From Planctomycetota bacterium (lineage in GTDB: Bacteria > Planctomycetota > UBA1135 > UBA2386): 64,000 nucleotides of DNA. Under the pieces are notes generated by a model. It made no database searches and was not told the DNA's origin. It worked only from the letters and a program-made list of their open reading frames with translations. The position numbers and the translations under genes were made by a program. Shown one piece after another: positions 29,732-42,169 of the stretch. Location: the NCBI GenBank assembly GCA_046290465.1, contig JBKAGP010000001.1, positions 2,880,001-2,944,000 on the forward strand, in the 5' to 3' direction. The stretch's first letter is position 1. Each line of letters opens with the position of its first letter.

Positions 29732-30103
29732 ATGAAACTCGCAATCGTGATCACCTCCGACCCGAAGACCGGCGAGGACGGCTTCGGCCGCGCCTTCCAG
29801 GGCATGGCGCTCGCCGCCGAGGCGAAGGCCGCCGGCGACGAGGTCGACATCGTGTTCGTCGGCCCCGGCACGCGCTGGCCCGGCGAACTGCAGCAGTTCG
29901 ACCACCCGCTCAACGAGCTCTACAGCAACGTGCGCGACCGCGTGCAGGGCGCGTCGTGCGCCTGCGCCGATGCGTTTGGCGCCAGCGACGACCTCGAGGC
30001 CTGCGGCGTACCCAAGCTGACCGACCTCGCCCTGCCTGGCACCTCCGGTGTCGCGAGCCTGCGGCGCTACCTCGCCGACGGCTGGCAGACGCAGGTCTTC
30101 TAG
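29732..30103 (+). CDS. DsrE family protein
   Basis: EVDIVFVGPG, GASCACADAFG. Confidence 0.75.
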   Translation: MKLAIVITSDPKTGEDGFGRAFQGMALAAEAKAAGDEVDIVFVGPGTRWPGELQQFDHPLNELYSNVRDRVQGASCACADAFGASDDLEACGVPKLTDLALPGTSGVASLRRYLADGWQTQVF

Positions 30104-30135
30104 CCACCCCCTGACGCCCGACCCGGAGACTCCCG

Positions 30136-30750
30136 ATGGCACGCGAATACCTTCGACGGATGCTGACCCCTTCGGTGCGGGCGGCGCAGACGCACTACTA
30201 CGGCCGGTCCTACCCGGACCAGGGCAAAGAGCCGCTCGAAGAACGGCTCGGCCCCGACGAACTCGCGTTCGTGGCGCAGCGCGACTCGTTCTACCTGGCG
30301 ACGGTGACCGAGGACGGTTGGCCCTACCTGCAGCACCGCGGCGGACCGCCGGGGTTCCTGGTCGCCGACGGCGCGACCACCCTGCTGTTCGCCGACTACG
30401 GCGGCAACCGGCAGCTGATCAGCGCCGGCAGCGTGCAGCGAGAACAGCGCGTGAGCCTGTTCTTGATGGACTATCCGGCGCGCACGCGGCTGAAGATCCT
30501 CGGCACCGCCGAGGTGCTCGACGCGCGCGAGCACCCGGACCTGGTCGCACGCAGCGCGCCACCCGGCGGCCACGCCGCCACCGCCGAGCGGATCTTCCGC
30601 ATCCGCGTCGTCGCCACCGACTGGAACTGCCCCAAGTTCATCACCGAGCGCTACACGCGCCCGGAGATCGCCCAACGGATGAAGCCCCTGCAGCAACGCA
30701 TCCAAGAACTCGAGCAACAGCTCGCCCACCACCAACACCCCGACACCTGA
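30136..30750 (+). CDS. Pyridoxamine 5'-phosphate oxidase-related FMN-binding protein
   Basis: FYLAT..EDGWPY.QHRGGPPGF, ADY.GNRQ, DWNCP. Confidence 0.9.
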   Translation: MAREYLRRMLTPSVRAAQTHYYGRSYPDQGKEPLEERLGPDELAFVAQRDSFYLATVTEDGWPYLQHRGGPPGFLVADGATTLLFADYGGNRQLISAGSVQREQRVSLFLMDYPARTRLKILGTAEVLDAREHPDLVARSAPPGGHAATAERIFRIRVVATDWNCPKFITERYTRPEIAQRMKPLQQRIQELEQQLAHHQHPDT

Positions 30751-30798
30751 CCCGAAAGTTGCAGGACGAACCGCGTACCGTACGGCAACTCTCGGTTG

Positions 30799-30830
30799 GC
30801 AGCGCGTCCACTAGATGGACGCGCTCCTAG
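30799..30830. repeat. REP-like palindrome, copy 1
   Basis: GCAGCGCGTCCA-CTAGA-TGGACGCGCTCCTAG. Confidence 0.75.
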
Positions 30831-32626
30831 CGCACGACCAGCTCGACCACTTCGTCGTCGGGCTCCACCAGCTCCATGGGAGAGATCCTCGGGATCGGCG
30901 CACCAACCGGCGGCCGCCAGCGCGCCCGCAGCTCGAACGCCGTGTCGGTCATCGGCAGCGTCACGACGAAGCGACCGTCGTCGTCGGCCGTCCAGCTCTG
31001 GGCAAGCGCACTCCCGACAAGCTGGCCAAGCTCGAACGACATGCCCTGCCGCGGCCCCGAAGCGAGCACGACCGCGCCGGCCGCCGGCTTGCCGTCCTCG
31101 AGCAATACGCGTCCCTCGACGGCCCGCGTCTCCAGCAGGGACAGCCGCATCTCCGCGCCTCCCGCCGGCAGCGCCATCAGGCCAACGCCCCCGCCCTTGA
31201 CGTAGACGCCCGCCCGCGTGGCGTCGTCCGGATAGGCAAACTGCAGACGGCCGACGCGGTCCGTGACGAAGTCGACGATCGCGTCGAAGCCGCTCTCGTG
31301 GATCAGACGGACGCGCGCGTCGGTCGCCGGCAGCCCCTGGTGGTCGACGACCTGCAGCCTGCACATCGCGACCTCGTCCATCGCGATCTCGCCGAGATCG
31401 ACGTCCTTGCCGACCTGCGCGCACGCCGCCACCCACAGCACCGGCGCCAGCGAACGGTCCGTCTCGGCCGCGAAACCAAAGCGCCGCGCCTCCGACGGGG
31501 ACAGCACCAGCAGCACGCGGCAGCCGGACTGCGGACTGCAGCCGTGCTCGACGAAGCGGCCCTGGTCGTCGGTGCGCACCATCTGCAGCGGCGCACCGAA
31601 GCGCGCGTCGCCGCTGCCGCCGAGGCCGATCGGATGATCGAAGTAGACCGCCACGCCCGCCATCGGCTTGCCCTCGGCATCGCGCAGCCGCCCTCGGACC
31701 GCGTAGCCATCCGCGAGGACCGCGTTCGCGATGCGACGGCCACGCGCGGGCACCACCTGCAGCATCGAGGCGTAGCCGCGCTTCTCGATGCGCAGCAGCT
31801 GCGTGCCGGTCCTGCCGGTCAACGCATTGACGCTCGGCAGCCGGAACCGCGCAACGCCTTCGGCGTCGGTCTCGGCGACCCGCACCGACGTCACGCTTGG
31901 ATCCCGGCCACCTGCGGAGTAGCTCGGCATCGACGCAAGCGAGGCGCCGGCAACCGGCTCGCCAGCACCATCGCGGCAGCGCACCTCGACGGCCACCGGC
32001 TCCGGCACGGCAACCTCGGTCTCGACGCCACGTGCAACGCGCTTGCGCACCAGCAGGAGACCGGTCTTGCCGCGCACCTCGATCTTCCAGGCGAAGCCCG
32101 GCAACATCGGCATCGTCGCGCTGCCGTCCACGACCTCGAGCGTCGCGCGGTAGCCGTTGCGCGTGTAGCACGAGGCCACGACTGTCAGCGGCGCCTCGTC
32201 CGCCCACGCCTCGAAGCCACCGAAGGTCAGCTTCGGCGCCGCGAACGGCTCGGCCTCGTGTAACCGCACCGGCGGCCCGGGCACGACGTTTTCGGCCACG
32301 GCGGTCATCATCTGGACATCGCCGTCCGGCCAGTGCGCCCACACCGAGTAGCCACGGCCACGCAGGCACTCGGCACGAAACCGCCCGCCTGCGTCTGTTT
32401 GCACGACCACATGATCGAGCACGCCGATGTCGAAGCGCGCCGGCACGGGACGCGAGATCAAGACCACCGTCGCGCCCGCGCGTTTGGCGCCGCGTTCGTC
32501 CTCGACCCAACCGAGAACGGTCCCGCGATCCAGATCCTTCGCCGCCTTCTGACCCGGCAGGACCGCAGCAACGAGGAGCCCGAGAATCACCGAGAAGGAC
32601 AGCAGGCCGAGGCGCATCTTCGCCAC
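30827..32626 (-). CDS. Secreted protein with carboxypeptidase-regulatory-like (Ig/transthyretin-like) repeats
   Basis: Signal peptide; repeated GR..D..G.P.AGA.V and TD..GRF motifs. Confidence 0.75.
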   Translation of the reverse strand: MAKMRLGLLSFSVILGLLVAAVLPGQKAAKDLDRGTVLGWVEDERGAKRAGATVVLISRPVPARFDIGVLDHVVVQTDAGGRFRAECLRGRGYSVWAHWPDGDVQMMTAVAENVVPGPPVRLHEAEPFAAPKLTFGGFEAWADEAPLTVVASCYTRNGYRATLEVVDGSATMPMLPGFAWKIEVRGKTGLLLVRKRVARGVETEVAVPEPVAVEVRCRDGAGEPVAGASLASMPSYSAGGRDPSVTSVRVAETDAEGVARFRLPSVNALTGRTGTQLLRIEKRGYASMLQVVPARGRRIANAVLADGYAVRGRLRDAEGKPMAGVAVYFDHPIGLGGSGDARFGAPLQMVRTDDQGRFVEHGCSPQSGCRVLLVLSPSEARRFGFAAETDRSLAPVLWVAACAQVGKDVDLGEIAMDEVAMCRLQVVDHQGLPATDARVRLIHESGFDAIVDFVTDRVGRLQFAYPDDATRAGVYVKGGGVGLMALPAGGAEMRLSLLETRAVEGRVLLEDGKPAAGAVVLASGPRQGMSFELGQLVGSALAQSWTADDDGRFVVTLPMTDTAFELRARWRPPVGAPIPRISPMELVEPDDEVVELVVR

Positions 32627-32642
32627 GATACCGCAGCCGGAC

Positions 32643-33272
32643 TCAGTGGGCGCGTGCCTCCGCGGCCGCCATGCCGCGATCGTGCAGCCGCCCCAACAGC
32701 AGCTGTGCCAGCGCGGCTCCCGACACCGCCATCGTCATGTCCCACTGGGCGTCCCACGGGTCCCCCTGGTGGCCCAGCCACTCGGGCCCCGCGTCCGGGT
32801 AGAACAGCAGCACGACCCACATCTCGAGCAGTTCGTAGGCAGCGCTGAATCCCAGGCAGCAGCCGACGCACAGCCAGAACACGGTCCAGCCGTTGTGCAT
32901 GCCGCGGCGTCGCACCAACCACTCCTTGAGCAGGATCGCCGGCACGAAGCCCTGGAAGAAGTGGCCGAAGCGATCGACCGGGTTGCGCTCGAAGCCGAAC
33001 AGGTCCATCACGAACTGCGGCACCGGCACCTCGGCGAACGTCCAGCGACCGCCGACGCACTGGATCAGGAAGAACCAGGTCAGCAGCACGTACGACAGCG
33101 TGCTGAAGCAGAACCAGCGTCGCCGCACCACGAACACCAGCATCACCAACAGCAGCGGCAGCACTTCGAACGCCCAGGTCGGCTTGTCGGGTGCGCCGAG
33201 CAGCGACCAGATCGCGCCGGCGACGCAGACGGCCATCAGCACGGCAAACGAGCGGTCGGCGGCGGACTTCAT
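32643..33272 (-). CDS. DUF2238 (YjdF-like) membrane protein
   Basis: RNPVDRFGHFFQG, YELLE, QGDPWDAQWDM. Confidence 0.88.
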   Translation of the reverse strand: MKSAADRSFAVLMAVCVAGAIWSLLGAPDKPTWAFEVLPLLLVMLVFVVRRRWFCFSTLSYVLLTWFFLIQCVGGRWTFAEVPVPQFVMDLFGFERNPVDRFGHFFQGFVPAILLKEWLVRRRGMHNGWTVFWLCVGCCLGFSAAYELLEMWVVLLFYPDAGPEWLGHQGDPWDAQWDMTMAVSGAALAQLLLGRLHDRGMAAAEARAH

Positions 33273-33370
33273 CCCGACAGGCTAACGGACCCGCCGCACG
33301 CGGCGCGAGCCCGCCGCCCCGCGCCGCCATGCGAAGTTGCCAGCGCCGCGGGCCCGACGATACTGGCGCG

Positions 33371-33901
33371 ATGCTCGCGCTCCGACGCCTGGCCGCCTAC
33401 GCGATCGACCACCTGCTGTTCTCTTTGTGGGTCACCGCGGCCATCGCCGTGGTCGTGTCGCTGCAGGACGGTGCGCCGACCTGGACCGACGACCCGTGGC
33501 GATCGCAGGCGTTCGGCGCGCTGTTCACGACGCTGCCGTTCTGGCTGTACTTCACCTGGTGCGAAGCGAGCCCGCGCGGCCGCACGCTCGGCAAGCTGGC
33601 GCGCGGCCTGCGGGTGCGCGACGCGCGGCGCGACACCGCGCCGTCGCTCGGCTCCGCCGCGCTGCGCAGCGCCGTCAAGCTGATCCCGTGGGAGCTCGGC
33701 CACACCGCCGCGCACCAGCTGCTCGCCGCAGGCCTCGGCGACCGCGAACCGCCGACGTGGGCGATGGCGCTGTCGTACGCCTCGATGGGCCTGGCCTTCG
33801 TCTACGTCGTGATGCTGTTCGTCGGCGACGGCCGCGCGCCGCACGACCGCATCGCCCGGACCCGCGTGGTGGGCCCTTCGAGGCGAGGCACCAAGGACTG
33901 A
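33371..33901 (+). CDS. RDD family protein
   Basis: RRLAAYAID, TLGK...GLRV, HDRIARTRVV. Confidence 0.88.
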   Translation: MLALRRLAAYAIDHLLFSLWVTAAIAVVVSLQDGAPTWTDDPWRSQAFGALFTTLPFWLYFTWCEASPRGRTLGKLARGLRVRDARRDTAPSLGSAALRSAVKLIPWELGHTAAHQLLAAGLGDREPPTWAMALSYASMGLAFVYVVMLFVGDGRAPHDRIARTRVVGPSRRGTKD

Positions 33902-33909
33902 CCCGCGGA

Positions 33910-35208
33910 TCAGTTCCGCGGCCGGAACGCGTCCTGCGAGCACAGGTAGCTGTAGCGCTCGGAGAACGCCTCGGGCGTCATGTTGGCGGCCTGCGCGATC
34001 GCGGCCAGGCGATCCGCGTGCGCGAAGTCGTCCGGCTCGAGCCGGATCTGGTACTCGCGCGCGACGCGGTAGGCCTCCGACTCCGGGTTGACCGTGCGCA
34101 CCCGCGGCCGGCCGGTCGCCGGATCGTTGAACGTGCCGAACCGCAGCGGCACCAGTTCGCCGCGCTGGATCGTCACCATCGCGCCGACCTCGTCCTGGCG
34201 GCCGCTGCGGATCAGGCCGCGCAGGTAGTCGATCGCGCCGTAGCCGAGGTCGCGGGTGTACTCGATGTCGAACGGGATCGGCGGCGCACTGCGCAGCTCG
34301 TAGCCGATGTTCTTGGCGACGATCGTCACCTGGTGGCCGTTGTCGGCGAGCCGCTTGCGCACGATGTCCGTCAACAGGCGGTGCAGGTGCACCTCCGACA
34401 GACGCACGTGGCCGTGGTCGTCGCGTTCGCCGTGCGGCATCGCCTTGTCGAGGTCGTCCGCCGGGAACCGCAGGCTCAGACCTTCGGCCATCACCGCGAC
34501 CCCGAACGGCCGGCCGTGCGCGATGCGCTTGTAGATCGACGTCTCGAGGATGTCGACGACGTGGTCCAGCCGGATCGGCTGGTCCGCCGGGAAGTCCTCG
34601 GGGATCACCGTCAGCGTCGCGCCGGCCGACTTGCCGATGCCCTGGGCGAGGTGGCCCGCCTGCCGCCCCATCGCGACCACGAAGAACCAGCGCCGCGTCG
34701 TCAGCGCGTCGGTCATCAGGTTGGTGACCTGCTCGGCGCCGACGTGGCGCGCGGTCTGGTAGCCGAACGTCGGCACGTCGCCGGGCAGCGGCAGGTCGTT
34801 GTCGATCGTCTTCGGCACGTGCGCGACGCGCAGCCGGCCGGCCGCCGCCTGTGCGACCACCGCGGCCGAGTAGCCGGTGTCGTCGCCACCGATGGTCAGC
34901 AGCGCGTCGAGTTCGAGCTCCTTCAGCGCCCGCACGGTCGCGTCGAGCTTGTCGGGCTGCTTGGTCGGGTTGGCCCGTGACGTGAACAGCACCGAGCCGC
35001 CCTGCAGGTGGATGCGGCTGACGTCCTCGACCGTCAGCGGCTGCACGTGCGACGTCTCCCCCTGCATCAGCCGCGAGAAGCCGTCCGGGATGCCGACGAC
35101 CGTCCAGCCGGAGTTGATCGCCTCGATCGTCGCCGCGCAGATGACCGAGTTCATACCGGGAGCAGGACCACCCCCGCAGAGAATGCCGAGCTTGACGTTG
35201 TCGCCCAT
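33910..35208 (-). CDS. pfp: Pyrophosphate-dependent phosphofructokinase
   Basis: GGGPAPG, GGDDT and PKTIDND (Asp/Lys PPi signature), MGR. Confidence 0.88.
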   Translation of the reverse strand: MGDNVKLGILCGGGPAPGMNSVICAATIEAINSGWTVVGIPDGFSRLMQGETSHVQPLTVEDVSRIHLQGGSVLFTSRANPTKQPDKLDATVRALKELELDALLTIGGDDTGYSAAVVAQAAAGRLRVAHVPKTIDNDLPLPGDVPTFGYQTARHVGAEQVTNLMTDALTTRRWFFVVAMGRQAGHLAQGIGKSAGATLTVIPEDFPADQPIRLDHVVDILETSIYKRIAHGRPFGVAVMAEGLSLRFPADDLDKAMPHGERDDHGHVRLSEVHLHRLLTDIVRKRLADNGHQVTIVAKNIGYELRSAPPIPFDIEYTRDLGYGAIDYLRGLIRSGRQDEVGAMVTIQRGELVPLRFGTFNDPATGRPRVRTVNPESEAYRVAREYQIRLEPDDFAHADRLAAIAQAANMTPEAFSERYSYLCSQDAFRPRN

Positions 35209-35277
35209 ATCGGGCGGTTGGGTTACCGGCACGCCCGCTGCTTCGCAACGACGCGCGCCGCAATCGTGGCGCGCCGC

Positions 35278-35904
35278 TCAGCGACCACCCATCGAACCCG
35301 CCACCGCACCTTCGCAGCTCGGACAGTCCGTATCGCCCCAGGCCTTCATCCGGCCGGCCTCCTGCATCGAGCGCAGCAGTTCCATGCCCTTCTTGGAGTG
35401 TTCGCGCAGTTCGTCACCCCATCGCCGGCGTTCGTCGTCCGTCAGCCGCAGCAGGTCCATGCGCCGATCGAGCCAGCTCTGCACCAGTTCGTGCAACGCC
35501 TGCAGCCGCACCTTCAGGTCGTCGCTGCGGAACGCACGCCGCTCGGCATCGGACAGGCCCTTGCCCCAGGTGTTGCCGCCGTGCTTGAACGACACGAAGT
35601 CGGGCCGCGCGCGGTAGTGACGGAACGCCTCGAGCACGTAGATGCAGGTCGGGCAGCCGTAGACGAAGTGCTGCCACTCGCCGTCGCCGGCGGCGAGCAC
35701 GCGATCGACGGTGCCGTTGTCGACCCCGTCGACGTAGAGACCCTCGAGCGTCGCGTAGAAGATCTCGTGACCCATGTCGACCTTGCGACGCGGCTCGGCT
35801 GCAGCCGGCGCAGGGTCCTGCGCGACTGGCGACCCGGCTGGCGACCCGGCTGGCGACCAGAGACAAGCGGACATCACGATCATTGCGGTGGTCAGGGTCT
35901 TCAT
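35278..35904 (-). CDS. Secreted hypothetical protein with two CxxC motifs
   Basis: Signal peptide, SPAG 12-bp tandem repeat, CPTC and CPSC. Confidence 0.7.
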   Translation of the reverse strand: MKTLTTAMIVMSACLWSPAGSPAGSPVAQDPAPAAAEPRRKVDMGHEIFYATLEGLYVDGVDNGTVDRVLAAGDGEWQHFVYGCPTCIYVLEAFRHYRARPDFVSFKHGGNTWGKGLSDAERRAFRSDDLKVRLQALHELVQSWLDRRMDLLRLTDDERRRWGDELREHSKKGMELLRSMQEAGRMKAWGDTDCPSCEGAVAGSMGGR

Positions 35905-36106
35905 GGTGGTCTCGCTGGACGTCGCCAACCGGACGTCGATATGGGCCGGTTGTTATCCGACGCGCTCCTCTTTCGGGCCACGGCAACGGGCAATCAACCC
36001 GGCCTTCGCACCTTGCGTGTTTGGTGAGCTACGCTCCAATGTCTGGCCAACCTCACGCTCGACCACCCCCCGGCGTGAGGGGCTCAATACTCACTTCCAC
36101 TTGCAC

Positions 36107-38047
36107 ATGCACAAGCATCTCCTCCTGGCGGCCGCCGCGGCCGCCGCTCTCGCGTCGATGGCTTCGGCCCAAATCGGCCGCGAAACCCTCGTCATCGACC
36201 TCGAAACCCCGACCGGCGGCAACAACGGCCACCTCGGCTGCGCCTACGATCTGATCAACGGCCGCATCTACACCACCTCGCGCGGCAACGGCACCGCGAC
36301 GGTCGGCCCGCACACGATCAATGTCTGGGACACCTCGGGCGCGCTGCTCACGTCGCTCGGCCAGACGCCGGCGTCGGACGCGACCACGTGGGGCTACCGT
36401 GACGGCGCCAGCTCGATCGTCGGCCAGGTCTTCTTCGGCTGGGACGGCGGCATCGACGTCTACGACGTCGACCCGACCACCGGCAACCTGCTGCCGGCCG
36501 CCTCGCTGATCGCCGCTGGCGGCGTCACCGCGCTGACGCAGCCGAGCCCGACCGATCCCGGCCTGATCACCAGCGCCGCCGTCGGCGGCACGCACCGCGC
36601 GCTGGCCTTCAACTTCTACGGCAACGGCGGCTTCGGCTCGTTCTTCGTCGGCAACTTCGGCGGCGACATCTTCGAAGTCGACGCAGCCGGCAACGTGCTG
36701 AACCAGTTCCCGAACACCAGCGCCATCACCTGGTCGTCGTACGGCTTCGCGCTGGACGACAAGGGCGACGCCGACGAGACCAACGACACGCTGTGGATCA
36801 ACGCGGCTCCCAACGCCAGCCGCATCGTCGAGTACTCGATCGACCGCATCAACCTGGCGCTGACGCCGACCGGCCTCAGCTTCGACCGCAACCAGCCGGG
36901 CACCGCCCAGGGCGGCCTCGCGCTCGTGCCGGGTGGCCTCGACGGCCGTAACTGTGGTTACGACCTGATCGGCGTCGACCAGGGCACGCCCGACACGCTC
37001 GCCGGCTACCGCGTCATCCAGTGGGAAGGCTCCGACCCGGCCAACGAGCCGCAGCTGCTCACCGGTGTCGACGGCGGCACGCTGTCGGCCGACGCGTCGA
37101 TCGCCAACATCGTCACGACGACCCTCGAGGTCGACGTGCAGTCGGCCGGCACGGCCGGCCTGCCGTACGTGCTCTACGCTGACGTCGAGCCGTTCACGGC
37201 GCGCGCTCCGGGTCCGCTGCCGTTCGTCGGCGCGTCGATCTGGGAGTTCGCGTTCCCGAACCTGACCGGCGTCAGCGCCGGCACGTTCGTCGGCGGCACC
37301 CCCGCGGTGTTCCCGAACTTCCTGACGACGGTGCCGGCCGGCACCAGCGTGACCTGGCAGGCGTTCTGCATCGACGTCTCGGCGCCGGTCGCGGCCTGTG
37401 GCCAGAACCTGACGTTCCTCGGCCTGCCGTGGGCGGCGTCGACGATGGCGAGCCACACCCGCGGCGTCGACCCGCAGGACATCGCGACGATCCGCGCGAC
37501 GGGCGCGAACTCGTTCAACAACGACACCACGTCGGGCTTCTTCTCGATCACGGCCGACGCCAACTCGGCCGCCGACCCGATCGTCTCGGTGACGTTCGAC
37601 TGGGCGACGTCGAGCAACCCGGCGCAGGGCACGATGGTGTTCGACACCGACCAGACCGGCATGGCCAACACCTTCTGGGAAGGCAACGGCGGCGGCTGCG
37701 GCGGCACCTACCGCAACGGCTCGGACGTCACGGTCGGCCTCGACTACACCAACGCTGCGAACAACCTGTTCGACACGGCCACGTGCGCGGGCTCGATCGC
37801 GCACTGTGAGGCCACCAACCCGACGACGGCTCCGACCTACCAGACGCTGAAGTGGCACTTCACGCCGGGCACCTGGGTGCCGGGCACGGTGTTCGAGTTC
37901 GACATCGACACCGATGGCGGCGCCGGCATCACCGGCGACGCGATGGCCGGCATGGTCGTCACGGTCGAGACCCAGAGCGGCGCCATCTACACGGGCGAGC
38001 TGCAGGTCGACCTCGCGACCCCGCAGTCGAGCTTCGTCAAGCTCTAG
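36107..38047 (+). CDS. Secreted Thr/Gly-rich beta protein (surface/extracellular)
   Basis: Signal peptide ending ASAQ; very strong codon bias. Confidence 0.8.
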   Translation: MHKHLLLAAAAAAALASMASAQIGRETLVIDLETPTGGNNGHLGCAYDLINGRIYTTSRGNGTATVGPHTINVWDTSGALLTSLGQTPASDATTWGYRDGASSIVGQVFFGWDGGIDVYDVDPTTGNLLPAASLIAAGGVTALTQPSPTDPGLITSAAVGGTHRALAFNFYGNGGFGSFFVGNFGGDIFEVDAAGNVLNQFPNTSAITWSSYGFALDDKGDADETNDTLWINAAPNASRIVEYSIDRINLALTPTGLSFDRNQPGTAQGGLALVPGGLDGRNCGYDLIGVDQGTPDTLAGYRVIQWEGSDPANEPQLLTGVDGGTLSADASIANIVTTTLEVDVQSAGTAGLPYVLYADVEPFTARAPGPLPFVGASIWEFAFPNLTGVSAGTFVGGTPAVFPNFLTTVPAGTSVTWQAFCIDVSAPVAACGQNLTFLGLPWAASTMASHTRGVDPQDIATIRATGANSFNNDTTSGFFSITADANSAADPIVSVTFDWATSSNPAQGTMVFDTDQTGMANTFWEGNGGGCGGTYRNGSDVTVGLDYTNAANNLFDTATCAGSIAHCEATNPTTAPTYQTLKWHFTPGTWVPGTVFEFDIDTDGGAGITGDAMAGMVVTVETQSGAIYTGELQVDLATPQSSFVKL

Positions 38048-38253
38048 GAAGCCGACCGGCGCGCGCCCCGTTGCGGGCGCGCGCCGCACGCCCCGCGGCC
38101 GTCTGGCCGCGTGCGGGCGCACCGTGGCGCGTAGCAGCGCACGAACGGGAGCAGTCGCGGCAGAAGCCTGTGCGACTCGATGGACGCGGCCCCTATGATC
38201 CCGCGACCTGCGCTGGCATCGCCCGCGCCCTCTCGTCTCCGCACCCACGTTCC

Positions 38254-39294
38254 ATGAGCAACACGTTCCCCAAGCTGCACAATGCCGCCTGGCCGGGCCT
38301 CGTCGGCAAGGAAGAAGGCACCGACAACCCGCCGATCCCGTTCGAGCAGATGCTCGAGTGGACCGCCAATGCCGAAGTGAACGGCAACCGGTTCGACGGC
38401 ATCGACCTGTTCCTGTCGCTGCCGCACACCGACATCGACTCGAGCAAGGACGACCTGAAGGCGCTCGCCGAGCAGGTCGCCGGCAAGGGCCTCGTGGTCG
38501 GCTCGCTGGTCGCGCCGGTCTGGCCGCCGACCGGCGGCGGCTCGGCGATGGGCGACGAGAGCGAGCGCAAGGCGTTCTTGACGCAGGTCGAGAAGGCCTG
38601 CCGGATCGCGCGCGACCTGAAGGAGCTCGGCATCCGCCCGTACGGCATCGTGCGCATCGACTCGGCCGCCGGCGTCGGCGACTGGGCCAAGGATCCGGAC
38701 GGCAACCAGAAGATCCTCGCCGACACCTTCCGCAAGGCCGCCGACATCGCGCAGGACCACGGCGAGAAGCTCGCCGCCGAGGGCGAGATCTGCTGGGGCG
38801 GCATGCACAGCTGGAAGCGCATGCTCGAACTGCTCGAGCTGACCGACCGCAAGGGCACCGTCGGCTTCCAGGCCGACATGGCGCACACGCTGCTCTACAC
38901 GCTCGGCTACAACGCGCCCGAGGACCGCATCCTGCCCGAGGACTACGAGTGGGGCGACCGCGACGGCCTCGACGCCGCCTACACCGAGATGACCGCGGCG
39001 CTGCGGCCGTGGGTGCTCGACTTCCACGTCGCGCAGAACGACGCGACCGTGTTCGGCTCGGGCTCGCACGACAAGACCGGCCGCCACTGCCTGCCCAAGG
39101 ACCCCAACGGCAAGCTGGACATCGCGCACTACGCCGGCTTCTGGCTGCGTGAGAACGGCCAGCCGACCAAGGCCGTGCAGCACCTGTGCTGGGACGGCTG
39201 CATGTTCCCGAACAAGGTCATGCAGGACCCGCAGACCTGGAACGACATCCTCGAGGCGATGCTGGCGGTGCGCGACGCGCACGGCTGGTCCTAG
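38254..39294 (+). CDS. Sugar phosphate isomerase/epimerase TIM-barrel protein
   Basis: [20 protein letters not shown]. Confidence 0.85.
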   Translation: MSNTFPKLHNAAWPGLVGKEEGTDNPPIPFEQMLEWTANAEVNGNRFDGIDLFLSLPHTDIDSSKDDLKALAEQVAGKGLVVGSLVAPVWPPTGGGSAMGDESERKAFLTQVEKACRIARDLKELGIRPYGIVRIDSAAGVGDWAKDPDGNQKILADTFRKAADIAQDHGEKLAAEGEICWGGMHSWKRMLELLELTDRKGTVGFQADMAHTLLYTLGYNAPEDRILPEDYEWGDRDGLDAAYTEMTAALRPWVLDFHVAQNDATVFGSGSHDKTGRHCLPKDPNGKLDIAHYAGFWLRENGQPTKAVQHLCWDGCMFPNKVMQDPQTWNDILEAMLAVRDAHGWS

Positions 39295-39305
39295 GAGCGA
39301 CCACC

Positions 39306-40889
<1,584 letters not shown>

Positions 40890-40893
<4 letters not shown>

Positions 40894-42071
40894 CGCGGCA
40901 GCGGGGTGTTGGGCGCCACCGCGTTGTCGGGCCACGGGAAGTCCTCGCCGAACACCAGCAGCCGCTGGTAGCTCTCCGGCACGAAGAACGACTCGTCGAC
41001 CTTGCCGTCGTCGCCGGTCACCGCGGCGAGGTCCAGCCGCAGGTGCCTCGCCAAGAACGGGTACGCCGCCATGCGCTTGCTGGTGCCGTAGTCGTGGCCT
41101 TCGTCGGCGAAGTGCGCGTTCTGCACCAGGTCCTTCTTGCCGTAGAGCTCGTAGACCCGCTGCACGTACGGAAACTCGACCCTCGGCGTATTGAGCGTCC
41201 AGTCGCCGCCGTTGCTGACCATCAGCATCGGCCGCGGCGCCGCCATCGCCGCGATCTCGACGTTGTTGGTCTTGTGCCGCGCGCTCCAGTGGATCGGCAT
41301 GCCGCTCTCGCACACGCAACCGCCGAAGAAGTGCGCCGAGATCTGGCACACCGGCACCGCAACGCGCACGCGCTCGTCGACCGCCGTCAGCAAGAACGTC
41401 TGCGTGCCGCCGCCCGAACAGCCGGTCATGCCGATGCGCTGCGCGTCGACGTCCGCCATCGCGACCAACAGGTCGAGCGCACGCATGCTGTTCCACGTCT
41501 GCAGCCGCAGCACCTCGGGCGTCGCACGATGCGACCAGCCGCGCTCCTTGGTATCGCCGTAGCCGACCATGTCGTAGGCCAGCACCACCGCCCCCATCTT
41601 GGCCAACACCGCGCAGCGCGCCTGCCGCGCCGGCGCGAACCGACCGTTGTGCCCGTGCGGGCTCAGGATGCCGGCGAGCTTGCCCTCGGACCTGGTCGGT
41701 CGATACAGCGAGCCGGTGACGTAGAAGCCCGGCGCGCTCTCGAACGCAACCTCGCAGACGGTGTAGTCGCCGTGGTCGCGCCGGTCGGTGAACCGCGGCC
41801 GCAGCGACGTTCGCGGCGGCAGCTCGGTCAGCCCCGCGCCGGCGAGCAGCCCCGCACGCAGCGTCGCGCGCCGCTCCTCCCAGCCGGCGCGGTCGTCGTA
41901 GGTCGACGCAAACGCCGCCAGCTCCTTTGCGGCGTCGGGCTGGGACTGCGCCGAGCCGACCCGCAGCTCGGGGGCCGGCTGCTGCGCCGCCAGCGCAGAC
42001 CACAACGAACCGACCAGAACCAACGACCGACCCAGAACCAACAACCAACGAGGTGCCATGGCGAACGCCAT
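40890..42071 (-). CDS. Alpha/beta hydrolase (acetyl xylan esterase-like), secreted
   Basis: PHGH, YDMVGYG, GCSGGG nucleophile elbow, GHDY. Confidence 0.85.
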
Positions 42072-42127
42072 GCTAGCGGGCAAAGCCCCGTCCGCACGCG
42101 GACACGCCGCTTCCGCGATCACGGTCG

Positions 42128-42159
42128 GCAGCGCGTCCACTACATGGACGCGCTCCTAG
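42128..42159. repeat. REP-like palindrome, copy 2
   Basis: GCAGCGCGTCCA-CTACA-TGGACGCGCTCCTAG; one mismatch to copy 1. Confidence 0.75.
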
Positions 42160-42169
42160 TGCGCCGCCG